A stretch of DNA of 64,000 nt from contig OZ024762.1 of the NCBI GenBank assembly GCA_964016885.1, positions 27,342,001 to 27,406,000 on the forward strand. Reading direction: 5' to 3'. The position numbers were made by a program, and so were the translations under genes. The DNA is from Eledone cirrhosa. Taxonomy: Eukaryota. This document shows positions 1 through 13,685 of this stretch, in pieces. The notes below the pieces were generated by a model that was not told where the DNA came from, did no database searches, and saw only the letters and a program-made list of their open reading frames with translations. Positions within the stretch are counted from its first letter, which is position 1. Every line of letters begins with the position of its first letter.

Positions 1-650
1 TACATACATACATACATACATACATACATACATACATACATACATACATACATTCATACATGATGGCTACCCCCTCGTTATCGAGTATGGCCATTCCACG
101 ATATACCATTATTAATAATTATTAATTAATTCTATCGTGCAATGCCTGTACGTGAAGATTTTTTTTTTTAAGTGAAGAAAGACTCTGCACTGAACCAATC
201 CCACTCTCTGAGCGATAGTAGCTATAAACTGAAAAGAAGAAAAGATCAACATCATCGCTAACTACTGAGCCGCAGCTTTTATATCGGAGTTATCCCAGTT
301 TCCCGACTTGCCTTCTCCTAGAAGGCATGTATGTATGTAAGTTTGTATGTAGGTAACTTTGTATGTATGTATGTACTTGTACATCCATACATACATATAT
401 ACATACATACAAACTTGTATGTTTGTATGTATGTATGTATGTATGTATGTCTCTACACACATACATACATACAAACTTACATACCTGCATTCATGCATGC
501 ATACATATTTACATGCATACATACATGTGCACGCACATGCTTCACATTAAGATGCACACACACGGACATACGCGCACACACACACTCACACATATTCACA
601 CACCTACTCACCCACATACTACCATATACACACACCTACACCCACACTGA
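1..650. repeat. (TACA)n/(TATG)n/(CA)n low-complexity tract, interrupted by a repeat fragment at 61-280
   Basis: Direct reading; overlapping ORFs are YI/HT-type artefacts. Confidence 0.9.
61..215 (-). mobile_element. Diverged 3' tail of RTE-like non-autonomous element
   Basis: tgatggctac...cgttatcgagtatggcca and ctgcac...tcccactctct resemble 12697-12972. Confidence 0.4.
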
Positions 651-1054
651 AACCTTTAAAAATACTCAGCACTGATAGTCTTCGACTAAATATAGATCTC
701 ATTCATTTCATCCTCCATTCAACTATAAACCATTTTTCTATTTTTCCAGAAATGTCTGCTTCCCTACACCGCCCCACACCGACAAACCTCCGCTCCACAC
801 CGCCGAAGCTCCACCTCACTCACCAACGCATTACCTCTCCAAGAAGCCAATCCTTCTTCGAATCCTCCCACCTCCTCCATCACCGACATCCCCTATCTAT
901 TTTGGGTTTGGTTGCTACTAAACTATCAGCATGTCTTTTCTCTCTCCCTGTCCCCCACACCCCTATCCTTCTATCTTTACCTGATTATTTTCTATCTCTC
1001 CATCTACTTCTTTATCTATCTATGTATCTACCTATTTATGTATCTATCTATCTG

Positions 1055-1089
<35 letters not shown>

Positions 1090-1122
1090 ATCTATCTATC
1101 TATCTATCTACATATATATATA

Positions 1123-1155
<33 letters not shown>

Positions 1156-1219
1156 GCCCGCCCTCTCTCTTTCTATATATATATATATATTTATATATCT
1201 ATATATGTATATATGTATG

Positions 1220-1294
<75 letters not shown>

Positions 1295-1514
1295 GGAGAG
1301 AGTTTGAGAGAGATATATACATATATATTCAATCACACCTGTGTGTATATGTACATCATCATTATTATTATTAATGTTGTTGTTGTTAACATTATTAAGT
1401 TTCTTAATATAGTAAGATAAAGAGATTTTTACGACTATTTCGCTTCCAGTCACGAATCATTTTTATTATCAATATTATTACTATTATTATTATTATTATT
1501 ATTATTAATTTTAC

Positions 1515-1548
<34 letters not shown>

Positions 1549-1882
1549 GTTATTATTATTATTATTATCATCATCATCATTTTCTTAGAACTTTCTTTAC
1601 AATTAGCTGGCATTTTTCGCCACTTTCTTACAAAGACATTTCCAATCGCTTTTAGCACTGTCATACAACCTTTTTAGTCCAAACACTTTCCTACGTATTT
1701 TAAAAAAGAAGCAATTTATTCGCCAGTTTCCTCTATATAAATATAACGCAGATTGCTGTACAATTTTTACGCGTCCATTACAGCTCTGAAGCAACAAATA
1801 TATGACGTGTGAATATACATATGTGTGTGTATGTGTGTATGTGTATTTATATAGATTTATATATATATATATAAATAAATAA

Positions 1883-1931
<49 letters not shown>

Positions 1932-2039
1932 AATGTATGTATATATATATTTGTGTGTGTTTGTATCTCTATATATTTATATATATGTATATATATATAT
2001 TGGTGTGTGTATATATATATATGTGTGTGTGTATATATG

Positions 2040-2070
<31 letters not shown>

Positions 2071-2074
2071 ATGC

Positions 2075-2145
2075 ATACCAAAAGATTGTATATACACTTT
2101 GATTAGAATGTTGTTAAAGTGTGTATTGATTTTTTGGGAGACACC

Positions 2146-2148
<3 letters not shown>
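2075..2148. mobile_element. Tc1/mariner-type MITE remnant
   Basis: Ends in gacaccctg+TA; internal sequence matches 39382-39485. Confidence 0.55.
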
Positions 2149-2203
<55 letters not shown>

Positions 2204-2313
2204 GGGTGTGTGGATGTGTGTGTGTGTGTGTGTGTGGTTAATAGATGAAACTAAACAAAATACCGGAAGCAAAATTACAAATTTATATTCACGCTTGGAC
2301 GAAGTGGGAGAGG

Positions 2314-2349
2314 TTTCAATATTTCGGACATAAGAACTTCTTCGGGAAA
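2314..2349 (-). ncRNA. Degenerate minimal hammerhead ribozyme
   Basis: Minus strand TTTC-CCGAAGA-agttcttatgtcc-GAAA-TA-TT-GAAA; stem I intact, stem II mismatched. Confidence 0.35.
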
Positions 2350-2657
2350 GTTCGGATAAAGGGAGAACGGATAGACGTATGGGTGGGGAGAGAAGGTTAG
2401 TAAAGGAAGTTAAGAAAAAAGAGGTGATTCATATATATATAGTAATAATAATATATTTGAAGACTAAAATCCAAAGAGGGCTCGATAAGGATAAATATAT
2501 ATCAAATATATAAGAACCGTAAGCTGTTATTTTAATAAATATATATATATATATATATACATATATACACACACACACACACATATATATATATACATAT
2601 ATATGCATATGTATATATGAATATATATATCTATATGTGTATTTATATATATATATC

Positions 2658-2735
<78 letters not shown>

Positions 2736-2739
<4 letters not shown>

Positions 2740-3189
2740 AGAGTATTGAAGTTTGCTTGAAGCATTGTGGAACAATAAGTAAGGTTGTCTGTCGGACAAG
2801 TCCGGACAAGCGAAGGACGCGTTCGGACAAGTCCGGACAGCGAAGGACGCGTTCGGACAAGTCCGGAACGCGTCCTTCGCTGTTTGTTGTTTTGAAGGAC
2901 GCGTTCCGGACTTGTCCGACAGACAACCTTTTCCCCCACCCCGGAAAAAAACCCCAGTTGATGGATGTGAATCCGAAATATATAGGGACTATTAAATCTC
3001 TCCCAAGGTAACTCTCTCATGTGTTGTTATTTTTATTTTATCCTTTATACTCTTCCCTTCATTCTACACATCTCACACATCTTATACACACGACGCATCT
3101 CAACGTACACCCACTTACATCTCTCTCTCCACCACCGGACCTTGTTACCTGGAGATTTACCCATTTGCATTGTCGAGGCTTCCAAACGA

Positions 3190-3192
<3 letters not shown>
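2736..3192 (+). mobile_element. Penelope-like pLTR fragment with inverted terminal piece and ~30-bp internal tandem repeats
   Basis: 2895-3192 matches 36870-37165; 2736-2783 is the reverse complement of the pLTR end (37175-37220); cggacaagtccggacagcgaaggacgcgtt repeated. Confidence 0.85.
2952..2987 (+). ncRNA. Hammerhead-like motif with atypical core CAGUUGA
   Basis: CCC-CAGTTGA-T-GGAT gtga ATCC-GAAA-TATA-TA-GGG. Confidence 0.55.
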
Positions 3193-3223
<31 letters not shown>

Positions 3224-3368
3224 GTATAGGATTATCCTAGATGCAGTAGTGGTTAATTACTACACTGTATAGAGTTGACGTACGGTGAGAGGTTAATCAA
3301 CGAGTTATGGAAGAATAGTTGAAGAAACTCAGTTCCTGATCCTTCTGTATTCCGGAGTGTAGATAAAG

Positions 3369-3478
3369 AATGAATAATAACAGGTAGACATCATAAAAAA
3401 CGTATAACCAACGTGGAAATATTTGTAAGCACACAGAATAAATTACCTTTTTATGATGTCTACCTGTTATTATTCATT
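3369..3478. repeat. 31-bp perfect inverted repeat
   Basis: aatgaataataacaggtagacatcataaaaa (3369-3399) vs tttttatgatgtctacctgttattattcatt (3448-3478). Confidence 0.85.
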
Positions 3479-3823
3479 ATAGTTGTATTTTGGGAGAGTC
3501 AGCCGTCAATAAAATCACACACACCGCTTAGTTTTCACGGTGATTTTATCATTAGTATGTTTACTAATCCATTCATCGGTTGGTTTAATAACAGGTTGTT
3601 ACCTAATTGTTTCTTTCGTCACGTTTGTGACCTTTTAACGACTATTCTTGCTTCTCTTCATTTCCATGTGGTTAATCGATAATATGACATACAGCATGAC
3701 TCTCCAAATTTATTACAACATATGTATCAAAACACGATCATATATCAGGAATCTTGCAAAACATATGTATGTGAAGTCTCTCTATCAAAATATATATATA
3801 TATGTGTGTGTGTTGTGTTTCTG

Positions 3824-3861
<38 letters not shown>

Positions 3862-3949
3862 GGAACGATCGACTTTCGTCAAATCGGACCGAGGGAACAA
3901 TGTTTCCGTTGGTCTTTCCAATTGCTAATACTATCTATCGGTCGCAACT

Positions 3950-4072
3950 CCAGGTAGAAGGAGCAACGTAAAATAAAGTGTCTTGCTCAAGGACATAACG
4001 CATCGCCTGGTCCAGGAATCGAACTCACAACCTTACGATTGCGAATCCAATTCTCTAACCACTCAGCCACAC
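3950..4072 (-). mobile_element. tRNA-derived SINE (5' part)
   Basis: Minus strand A box TGGCTGAGTGG, B box GTTCGATTCC, then gtccttgagcaagacactttattttacgttgctcc, shared with the 57197-57900 family. Confidence 0.8.
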
Positions 4073-4073
4073 A

Positions 4074-4348
<275 letters not shown>

Positions 4349-4737
4349 GGTAAAGTCAATTTTTTAAAATTTATTTTGAAACTTTTTCATTATTTACTAA
4401 ACCTTGTTTATATTTGTTCTGGCTCGTTAATTTATTAACCCGCCATTGAACCACACTGGCACTTGGTTGGACAATACATGCGTACCTTGGCGCCTTGTGC
4501 GTGAAAGGACGTATTTCATATTACTACTACCTCCACATACGTTGAGAACAAACCGGGTCATTCCGACTGCTGCTGATAACAGCGGTGGCTAGTTCGACCT
4601 ACCTCCTTTTGCCTCTATCTTTACTACGGCCCTTGATAAACCTGTTCTACATCATCCACTCTCATCCCAGGAACAGTCTTTGATAGCGCTAGTTTGTGAT
4701 TTAAATTCAGGAATTTTATATTCTTTGAATGAAAAGA

Positions 4738-4821
4738 ACCTTCTGACGAGAATCTCTCTTTGCAACGAGGGCCGTATGGCCTACGTTTTATTTTTGGGAT
4801 TCGAAACCGATCGGTAAAGGT
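4738..4821 (+). ncRNA. Type I hammerhead ribozyme
   Basis: ACCTT-CTGACGA-GAATCTC...GGGATTC-GAAA-CCGATCGG-TA-AAGGT; canonical core; predicted cleavage after A4816. Confidence 0.9.
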
Positions 4822-5220
4822 AACTATAGTAGGTAAAGTCAATTTTTTAAAATTTATTTTGAAACTTTTTCATTATTTACTAAACCTTGTTTATATTTGT
4901 TCTGGCTCGTTAATTTATTAACCCGCCATTGAACCACACTGGCACTTGGTTGGACAATACATGCGTACCTTGGCGCCTTGTGCGTGAAAGGACGTATTTC
5001 ATATTACTACTACCTCCACATACGTTGAGAACAAACCGGGTCATTCCGACTGCTGCTGATAACAGCGGTGGCTAGTTCGACCTACCTCCTTTTGCCTCTA
5101 TCTTTACTACGGCCCTTGATAAACCTGTTCTACATCATCCACTCTCATCCCAGGAACAGTCTTTGATAGCGCTAGTTTGTGATTTAAATTCAGGAATTTT
5201 ATATTCTTTGAATGAAAAGA

Positions 5221-5304
5221 ACCTTCTGACGAGAATCTCTCTTTGCAACGAGGGCCGTATGGCCTACGTTTTATTTTTGGGATTCGAAACCGATCGGTAA
5301 AGGT
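5221..5304 (+). ncRNA. Type I hammerhead ribozyme (second tandem copy)
   Basis: Same sequence as 4738-4821, offset 483 nt. Confidence 0.9.
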
Positions 5305-5589
5305 AACTATAGTAGGTAAAGTCAATTTTTTAAAATTTATTTTGAAACTTTTTCATTATTTACTAAACCTTGTTTATATATATATATATATATATAAAAA
5401 TAATGAATAAAACAATTAAACAGTTCCTTATATTAAACAAAAAAAGTTCATTATTTATATATATATATATATGTGTGTGTGTATTTATTAAAATAACAGA
5501 TTTGCTCTACGGTTCTTATATATTTGATATATATTTATCCTTATCGAGCCCTCTTTGGATTTTAGTCTTAAAATTTATTATTATTACTA

Positions 5590-5622
<33 letters not shown>

Positions 5623-5659
5623 GTATTACCGGATATGTATATATATATATATATATGTA

Positions 5660-6695
5660 TATATTTATTCAGGTTTGAGGTTCACCACTGTATAGAGCTT
5701 TCCGTATGGTCAATCGTAATGCAATAATATAGAGAGTACTCAACGTAAAGCAGTTCAACCGTCTTTGTGTTTGTAGTTGGTGGAGCTCACCTAGAGTGCT
5801 TGGAAAAATAAATTTCCCCTTCTTTCAGTAAATGAAAATACTCGGCGTGGCTTAATTCGCCATGGGGCCCGGGGCGCGGCCGTTGTTTTAACCGCCAAAT
5901 AGTACCTTTAAATTACAGAACAAATCGGAACTATTATATAATTAATTGTTAAACTGTTGAACTTTAAATTTTCTAACCTCTTTAATATTGAATATTGATT
6001 ATTAAATGTTTTTAACTTCATCCTAGAAGTCTAAACACTGTAAAACACTGACTCCCAATATATCCATCTCCGCTAAGATGCGGGTCCCTGTGAAAATTTT
6101 CTCGCGCGACTCCTGGCTTGACTGTGGTCTGACATTAATATCGACCTTTCTTCCTCTTCCTTTCTATCTTCCTTCTTGTAGCCATCAACCCTTACTTTTT
6201 TACTTCTCTCTTCCCTTCCTTCTCTCCTCTCCTCCTCCCTGCAGACTTATCTTCCTTCCCCCTCTTGCTTGCCTATATCTGACCAGTAGTAGTTACCTTC
6301 CTCTTTTAGCTGACATTAACCCTGACTTCTCTTCTTCTTTCTTCCCCCTTCTTCTCCTTCCTTTCTTTCTTTCTTTTACCTTGTGTCATGGGATCGACGT
6401 TAACCTATGCTCCCATCTCTTTCTGTTTTCGTTCATCTGACCGGTAGTAGCATACTATAAAATTTAGCCACGTCACTCCAGGGCGACCGGCTGAGGTTGA
6501 AGGAACAGAATAGCGGTCGCCCTCGGGTCTCGATTCAGCCCCATGGATTTTACCTATTACATTCACGTATTATATTTCGAATACCTGATGATATCACCGG
6601 ATTCATACGGAACCCGGTCATTGAAATGATCATAGTATAATAAACCTTTCAAGGATTTACACAAATCCAGCCTCCTGTCATTTCATTATAATTAT
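5660..6695 (+). mobile_element. Non-autonomous PLE-like element (family B) with HHR repeat and inverted 5' piece
   Basis: 5783-6690 nearly identical to 61428-62338; 5660-5783 is the reverse complement of 62358-62490. Confidence 0.75.
6581..6638 (+). ncRNA. Type I hammerhead ribozyme, family B
   Basis: ATAC-CTGATGA-tatcACCGG..CCGGTcatt-GAAA-TGATCA-TA-GTAT; palindromic stem III. Confidence 0.8.
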
Positions 6696-6737
6696 TATAT
6701 ATATGTATATATATATCTGTATATATTTGTATATATG

Positions 6738-6768
<31 letters not shown>

Positions 6769-6915
6769 ATATATTTACATATACATATGTATATATATGT
6801 ATATATGTATATATATATATGTATATACGTATATATGTATATATATAGGTATATATGTATATATATATACATATATGTATGTATATATATATATGTATAT
6901 ATATATATATGTATG

Positions 6916-6946
<31 letters not shown>

Positions 6947-7039
6947 ATATGTATATATGTATGTATATATATGTGTATATATATGTATATATGTATGTAT
7001 ATATATGTATATATATGTATATATATGTATATATATATG

Positions 7040-7070
<31 letters not shown>

Positions 7071-7154
7071 GTATATACATATATGTATATATATATATAT
7101 GTATATATATATATGTATATATATATATGTATGTATATATATATGTATATATAT

Positions 7155-7485
7155 ATAATATATAAGATCAAAAGATGGTTAAAAGAGTTCCATGTATTTT
7201 ATTATGCGCATTTCAAAAACAAATATCATCATGCAATAATATTTGTGTTTTCATCAGATAAAATTGGGAGACATGGTATGAAGGTTAAAAACACTTGTGG
7301 ATAGTGCAGTTTTAAATCGACATATCCACTGCACTATTCACAAGTGTTTTTAACCTTCATATCATGTCTTCCTATTTTATCTGATGAAAACACAAATATT
7401 AATGCATGATGATATTTGTTTTTAAAATGCGCATAATAAAATACATGGAACTCTTTTAACCATCTTTTGATCTTATATATTATTT
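7155..7485. mobile_element. Fold-back element (~155-bp arms) made of two opposed HHR repeats
   Basis: 7155-7310 is the reverse complement of 7328-7485. Confidence 0.9.
7197..7263 (-). ncRNA. Type I hammerhead ribozyme, family C
   Basis: TTTTAT-CTGATGA-aaacacaaatatt...gatatttgttttt-GAAA-TGCGCA-TA-ATAAAA; the plus-strand twin at 7375-7441 has AAAA in place of GAAA. Confidence 0.85.
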
Positions 7486-8121
7486 ATACTCCAGTCCTAC
7501 AAATTGTAGAGTGCTTATTATCCGATATCTGCATTGCTTTATTGTACTACAATAAAACTCGCCTCCTACATGTATATATATATATGTGTGTATATATATG
7601 TGTATATATATATGTATATATATGTATATATATATATGTATATATGTATGTATATATATATGTATATATATCCATATATATATATATATGTTTATATATG
7701 TATATATATATATATGTATATATATGTATATATATATATGTATATATATATGTATATATATATATGTATATATATATATGTATATACATATATGTATATA
7801 TATATATATGTATATACATATATGTATATATATATATACATATATATATACATATATATATATGTATATATATATATGTATATATATGTATATATATATG
7901 TATATATATAGAATGATTAGGTATCGAGAGAGAGAAGAGAATATAAAGATGGTCGATACATATATTTAGTTGCCAATAGTTTATGTGTGCTCAATACTCG
8001 TGCCTACAGGGTTAAATATTAGAGGTGTCAATATTTAGTGGACGAGAAACAATAAGCAGAGCGATTATAAAGGAAATGAATACAAAGAGTTTAAAACCGT
8101 TAAAACATGCTCATATAATTG

Positions 8122-8164
8122 TGCACCTACGTACGTTTCGCCCTAAGCGGGCTTATCAAGGGCA
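8122..8164 (-). ncRNA. Hammerhead ribozyme, U3-A8 core variant (family D)
   Basis: Reverse complement of the motif at 8364-8406. Confidence 0.75.
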
Positions 8165-8363
8165 TGGAAAGCAAAATAAAGTTCAATATAGGTCCCAGGA
8201 GTTAATTTACGGTTAAATTGACATCATCATACATTTTCTCCGTGTATGTGTTTTTATTATCACATTGATAATAAAAACACATACACGGAGAAAATGTATG
8301 ATGATGTTAATTTAACCGTAAATTCACTCCTGGGACCTATATTGAACTTTATTTTGCTTTCCA

Positions 8364-8406
8364 TGCCCTTGATAAGCCCGCTAAGGGCGAAACGTACGTA
8401 GGTGCA
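8364..8406 (+). ncRNA. Hammerhead ribozyme, U3-A8 core variant (family D)
   Basis: TGCCC-TTGATAA-GCCC gctaa GGGC-GAAA-CGTACG-TA-GGTGCA. Confidence 0.75.
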
Positions 8407-8488
8407 CAATTATATGAGCATGTTTTAACGGTTTTAAACTCTTTGTATTCACTTCTTTTATGTATATATATATATGTATATATATATG

Positions 8489-8578
<90 letters not shown>

Positions 8579-8836
8579 TATGTATACACATACATATATA
8601 TATAAATACATATATATATACATATATATATATAAGAGAGTATTGAAGTTTGCTTTGAAGCATTGTGGAATAATAAGACTTATTTTCTTTTGGTCGTTTT
8701 GGAAGCCTCAACAATGCAGATGGGTAATTCTCCGGGTAACAGGATCCGGAGGTGAAGAGAGAGATGTAAGGGAATGTAGAATGAGATGTATAGTGTGTAG
8801 AGGAACGTAAGAAAGAGCGTAAAAAATAAAAATAAT

Positions 8837-9021
8837 TGTTTCTACTTTAGGCACAAGGCCAGCAATTATCCAGTGCATTACTGGTACTTTATTTTATCGA
8901 CCCCGTAAGGATGAAAGGCAAAGTCAACCTCGGCGGGATTTGAACTCAGATCGTAAAGGGACGTAACTATGCTGGAAAGCATGGCATCCGACCCTCTACC
9001 GATACTGCCAATCCCCCGCCC
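8837..9021 (-). mobile_element. tRNA-derived SINE inserted in the pLTR, with 17-bp TSD
   Basis: A box TGGCAGTATCGG, B box GTTCAAATCC; taaaaaataaaaataat duplicated at 8820-8836 and 9022-9038. Confidence 0.9.
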
Positions 9022-9475
9022 TAAAAAATAAAAATAATAACACGAGATAGAGTTACCTTGGGAGAGATTTAATTGTCACTATATTTCGGATTCACATCCA
9101 TCAACTGGGGAGGTTTCCGGGGGGGGGGGGTTATCTGTCGGAGAGGAACGGTACGTATCCTCTGCTGTTCGCTGTTTGTGACTAACTGAGGTATTCCGCA
9201 GAGCGCACGTGCGCGCGGAATAAGTGCGGTCAAGCAAAGGTCGAAGCATTTCTTTTAATTATGGGAGTGGGATGGCTTTAGCTGTCAATCCATTGAACTA
9301 TTTATCTGTGCTGCTTTTTGGTACTAGCAGTGTAGTATATTCGTATGGTAGTAGTCTGCCTGGTCGGTGGATGGTGGCGGTGCTACACACACAATAACAA
9401 TAGTTCGAATGATACTCTATGTGTGTGTGTGTTTGTGTGCGTGTGTGTGTGTGCGTGTGTTGTTGTGTCATTTGT

Positions 9476-10005
9476 TTACACCAACCACCTCATTTCGCTT
9501 CTCTCGGATCGGTTATTTATTTGTGGCCCTACGCGTTTGATCCAAAGTGCTTCCTTGATTCGTAACGTGCCGACGTTGCGTTCTGTCGGTAGCACTGTGA
9601 CATTAGGCCTTCCGTATTTGTTTCCGCATTTGGTTATGTGTTTCCGGAAAGACAAGGCCCTGGTGTTGATGTGCTCCTTGATCCGGATATGTAGCCGCCG
9701 GATTGTGCTACCGATATAGTAGTGGTTGCACTTGTCACATTCTACCTTATACGCGACGTATGTGCCTAAGCAACAGTTCGTATGGCACATCGGACAGTTT
9801 CTGAGGGAACACGCGTCACTCGACTTCCCGGGTTTCCTGGAGAGGCATCTTCGCAGGGAGGGGCCCGATTGGACCAGGTGGATATCGAGGCCCTCTCTCC
9901 GTATAGCCCTGCGGATATCGTTGGTGGTATTCTCGCTCAGGTGTGGTATTTAAAAGGAAGGACTTGCTTCGGTGTTTCTCTGCCTCTTGCGTTTAGTGTC
10001 TCTTA
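9476..10005 (-). pseudogene. PLE GIY-YIG endonuclease fragment
   Basis: VAYKVECDKCNHYYIGSTIRRLHIRIKEH...SEMRWLV, closely similar to the end of ORF 34907-36514. Confidence 0.9.
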
Positions 10006-10387
10006 CTCAATTAAAAGAACTGCTTCGAACTTTGATAGACCGCACTTATTCCGCACGCACGTGCGCTCTGCAGAATACCTCAGTTAGTCACAAAGAGCGA
10101 ACAGCAGAGGACATGTACCGTTCCTCTCCGATAGATAACCCACCCACCCACCCATCCCACGAAAACACCCAGTTGATGTATACGAATCCCAAATATAAGG
10201 TCAATTAAATTTCTCCCAAGGTATTTCTATCTCGTGTTATTTTTATTTTTTACGCTCTTCTACGTTCCTCTACACACTATACATCTCATTCTACATTCCC
10301 TTACATCTCTCTCTTCACCACCAGATTCTGTTACCCGGAAAATTACCCATATGCATTGTTGAGACTTCCAAAATGACCATACATATG

Positions 10388-10445
<58 letters not shown>

Positions 10446-10446
10446 C

Positions 10447-10553
<107 letters not shown>

Positions 10554-10719
10554 TATATTTTGAGAATAAACTCTCAGTCGTTTACAATAATTAAGCTCCA
10601 GGAAGGGGCTCTTCCGAGCAGTTAATACATTTAAAGTATATGATAAACACGAAATGTGTTTACATTGCAACAGACAAAGTTAGCTATTAATGAAATAAAC
10701 TAATAAAAGTGAATACAAT

Positions 10720-10895
10720 TTCTCCCGGTGATTTTGGATGGCCATTGACTCTTAAGAGTTCCTTTGCCCTTTGACAGGTTTTGTTTTTAGTCCTGCAGGA
10801 TGTCCAAAGTCACCCTCCTCACCAAGAAACCTTGGTGGGGTTGCCAGTTTAGTCGCCAACGACCCAACCATGGGACAGGTTGTACTGGGATACAT
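10720..10895 (-). mobile_element. 5' head of RTE-like non-autonomous element
   Basis: Reverse complement of 13112-13292. Confidence 0.7.
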
Positions 10896-10926
10896 GTTAT
10901 ATTTATATACATATATATATACATAC

Positions 10927-10959
<33 letters not shown>

Positions 10960-10960
<1 letters not shown>

Positions 10961-11630
10961 GGAAAAGAATGAAACGAAATTTCATTTCTCACTCTTAGTA
11001 CGGCTGATATTTAAGTGTAAGTAAGCATACGTACATACATATATGTATACAGACGTACAGTAGTATGCATATATATACATATATGCACACATATATATAT
11101 GAACGTATGGGTTTACCGAACATTTATTATAATGTCGGTTTGTTTGTAAACAAACAGCCCGAATTACGCCGTACAGTGTTCTGCAACCATCGTCGCCTTT
11201 TTGTTCAACACTGACACAGGAACGATGTACTAGTTTCAAGCTTATTAGCTATCGTCAGCATCGTATACCTTCCTGTCTTATGATTGAACGTTTGAAAGTA
11301 TATACATTCCTCGCCGTTAATATGCATAAGGAAAGTATATACTTTCAAACGTTCAATCATCTGACAGGAAGGTATACGATGCTGACGATAGCTAATAAGC
11401 TTGAAACTAGAACATCGTTCCTGTGTCAGTGTTCAACAAAACGACGACGATGGTTGCCGAACTCTGTACAGCGTAATTCGGGCTGTTTGTTTACAAACGA
11501 ACTGGACATTATAATAAATATTCGGTAAACCCATATGTTCATAAATATATATGTGTGCATGTATGTATGTATATACATACTACTGTACGTCTGTATACAT
11601 ATATGTATGTACGTATACATACTTACACTC
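10960..11630. mobile_element. Fold-back element (~300-bp arms) with two opposed HHRs (family E)
   Basis: 11012-11312 mirrors 11330-11628; relatives at 30780-31210 and 47258-47875. Confidence 0.9.
11223..11263 (-). ncRNA. Type I hammerhead ribozyme, family E
   Basis: CGATG-CTGACGA-tAGCT aata AGCTt-GAAA-CTAG-TA-CATCG; the twin at 11377-11417 has GAA at the cleavage triplet. Confidence 0.85.
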
Positions 11631-12355
11631 TATATATATTACATCAAGGTTGACTATACGGAATGACAAGTTCTATCCAGTGGTGAACCAACAAACCGAA
11701 ATATATATATATATACATACATATATATATATACATATATATATATACTTGTATATATGTGTATATATATATATATATATAAAATATTTATATATATGTA
11801 TATATATATATATATATGTGTATATATATATATATGTATATCTATATATATATATATATATGTATACACATATATATGTATACACATACATATATATACA
11901 TATATATACAAACATATATATATATATACATATATATAAACATACATATATATGTATATATATATATACATATATATATATAAAAGGTTGAAAGCAGCGA
12001 TTCTTTGCTGAAACTTTAATCTTTATTTTAATAAATATATATATATATACATACATATATATATATACATATATATATGTATATACATACATATACATAC
12101 ATATATATACATATATATATATACGTACATATATATATATACATATATAAATACATATTATATATATATATATATATACATATATATATAAACATATATA
12201 TATATTGTTATACTTTGGGAGGGTCATGTTGCCAATAAGAAACACACGCACCAGTTGCTTTCACTTCAATTTATTATAATAAATTTATAAATTTAGGAAT
12301 TTATAAATTTCAGGTTGGTTGGTTGGTTCCACAACCAGATGGTTGTTTAAATATT

Positions 12356-12398
12356 GTAAAAGTTCTTTCGTCACACATTCTGTGACCTCTTCAGTGAC
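12356..12398 (-). ncRNA. Slightly degenerate hammerhead ribozyme
   Basis: GTCA-CTGAAGA-gGTCACA gaatg TGTGAC-GAAA-GAAC-TT-TTAC. Confidence 0.65.
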
Positions 12399-12696
12399 TG
12401 GGGATTCGTTTCTTTGTTTTTTGTGCCTCTCCTTTGTTCTGTCCTACGCCATCTTGTTTTTGTGTGTGTGTTGTGTGCTTAGTTTGCGCATATATATATA
12501 TATATACATATATATATACATACATATACATACATATATATACATATATATATATATATATACGTACATATATATATACATATATATATATATACATATA
12601 TATACATATATATATATACATATATATACATATATATATAGAGTATATATATATATACATATATATATATATACAGTATATATACATATATATATA

Positions 12697-12980
12697 TGGT
12701 GGCTGCCAACTCGTTTTCGAGTACGGCCACTACTTTATATCCATGTAGGAGAACCCCTACCGATGCGCTGAACGAGTGACTTTTTAGTCCAGCCAGCGAC
12801 TTGAAAACTCTGGTACAAACACTACACTTGTGACAATTATTGACACATAGTGCTTTGCCTTTGGTACCATGTGACGACAAGTGCAGAGAGATCTCCAGAT
12901 ATAAAGCAATGCCTGTGCCGTGAAGCTTTTATAGTGAGCAAAGGCACTGCACAAAGCCAGTCCCACTCTCTTAACCAAGT
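12697..12980 (-). mobile_element. 3' tail of RTE-like element
   Basis: Encodes [17 protein letters not shown], a C2H2-type terminus seen in RTE-group ORFs; inverted copy of 13410-13685. Confidence 0.65.
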
Positions 12981-13021
12981 ATGTATATATATATGTATGT
13001 ATATATATATGTATATACGAT

Positions 13022-13053
<32 letters not shown>

Positions 13054-13091
13054 TATGTATATATATATGTATATCTATACATTATGTCAGG

Positions 13092-13685
13092 TCACCAGTT
13101 GGTGCTACTGGTAACATGTATCCCAGAACAACCTGTCTCATGGTCGGGTCGTTGGCGACTAAACTGGCAACCCCACCAAGGTTTCTTGGTGAGGCGGGTG
13201 ACTTTGGACATCCTGCAGGCCTAAAAACAAAACCTGTCAAAGGGCAAAGGAGCTCTTAAGAGTCAATGGCCATCCAAAATCACCGGGAGAGATGACCCCT
13301 TAGCCTTTGTCAAGGCAGAATTCTAGGAGAAGGAAAACTCTGATATAACACCTGCAACCCTGATGGTATCCAATGATGTTGACTTGTTAATCTTTTTGGT
13401 AAATATCATCTTGGTTAAGAGAGTATGACTGGCTTCGTGCAGTGCCTTTGCGCACTATAAAAGCTTCACGGCACAGGCATTGTTTTATATATGGAGATCT
13501 CTCTGCACTTGTCGTCACATGGTACCATGGGCCCAGCAATAATTGTCACAAGTGTAGTGTTTGTACCAGAGTTTTCAAGTCACTGGCTGGACTAAAATGT
13601 CACACTCGTTCAGCGCATCGGTAGGGGTTCTACTACATGGATATAAAGTAGTGGTCGTACTCGAAAACGAGTTGGCAGCCACCAT
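13092..13685 (+). mobile_element. Short bipartite (head+tail) RTE-like non-autonomous element
   Basis: Head repeated at 10720-10895 and tail at 12697-12980; C2H2 remnant; no RT. Confidence 0.6.

Larger units (their letters stand above)
8078..8452. mobile_element. Fold-back element (~185-bp arms) with two opposed HHRs
   Basis: Near-perfect palindrome centred at about 8263. Confidence 0.9.
8633..10380 (-). mobile_element. 5'-truncated Penelope-like element with inverted pLTR
   Basis: GIY-YIG C-terminus on minus strand; pLTR 8633-9262 (minus) mirrored by 10005-10380 (plus); homologous to 35985-37220. Confidence 0.9.

Noticed and set aside
2790-2925. ~30-bp repeats resembling a CRISPR array
   Set aside because: No unique spacers, eukaryotic context; derived from pLTR sequence
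4624-5325. Duplicated 72-aa ORF on minus strand
   Set aside because: Non-ATG start, antisense to the HHR, duplicated only because of the tandem repeat
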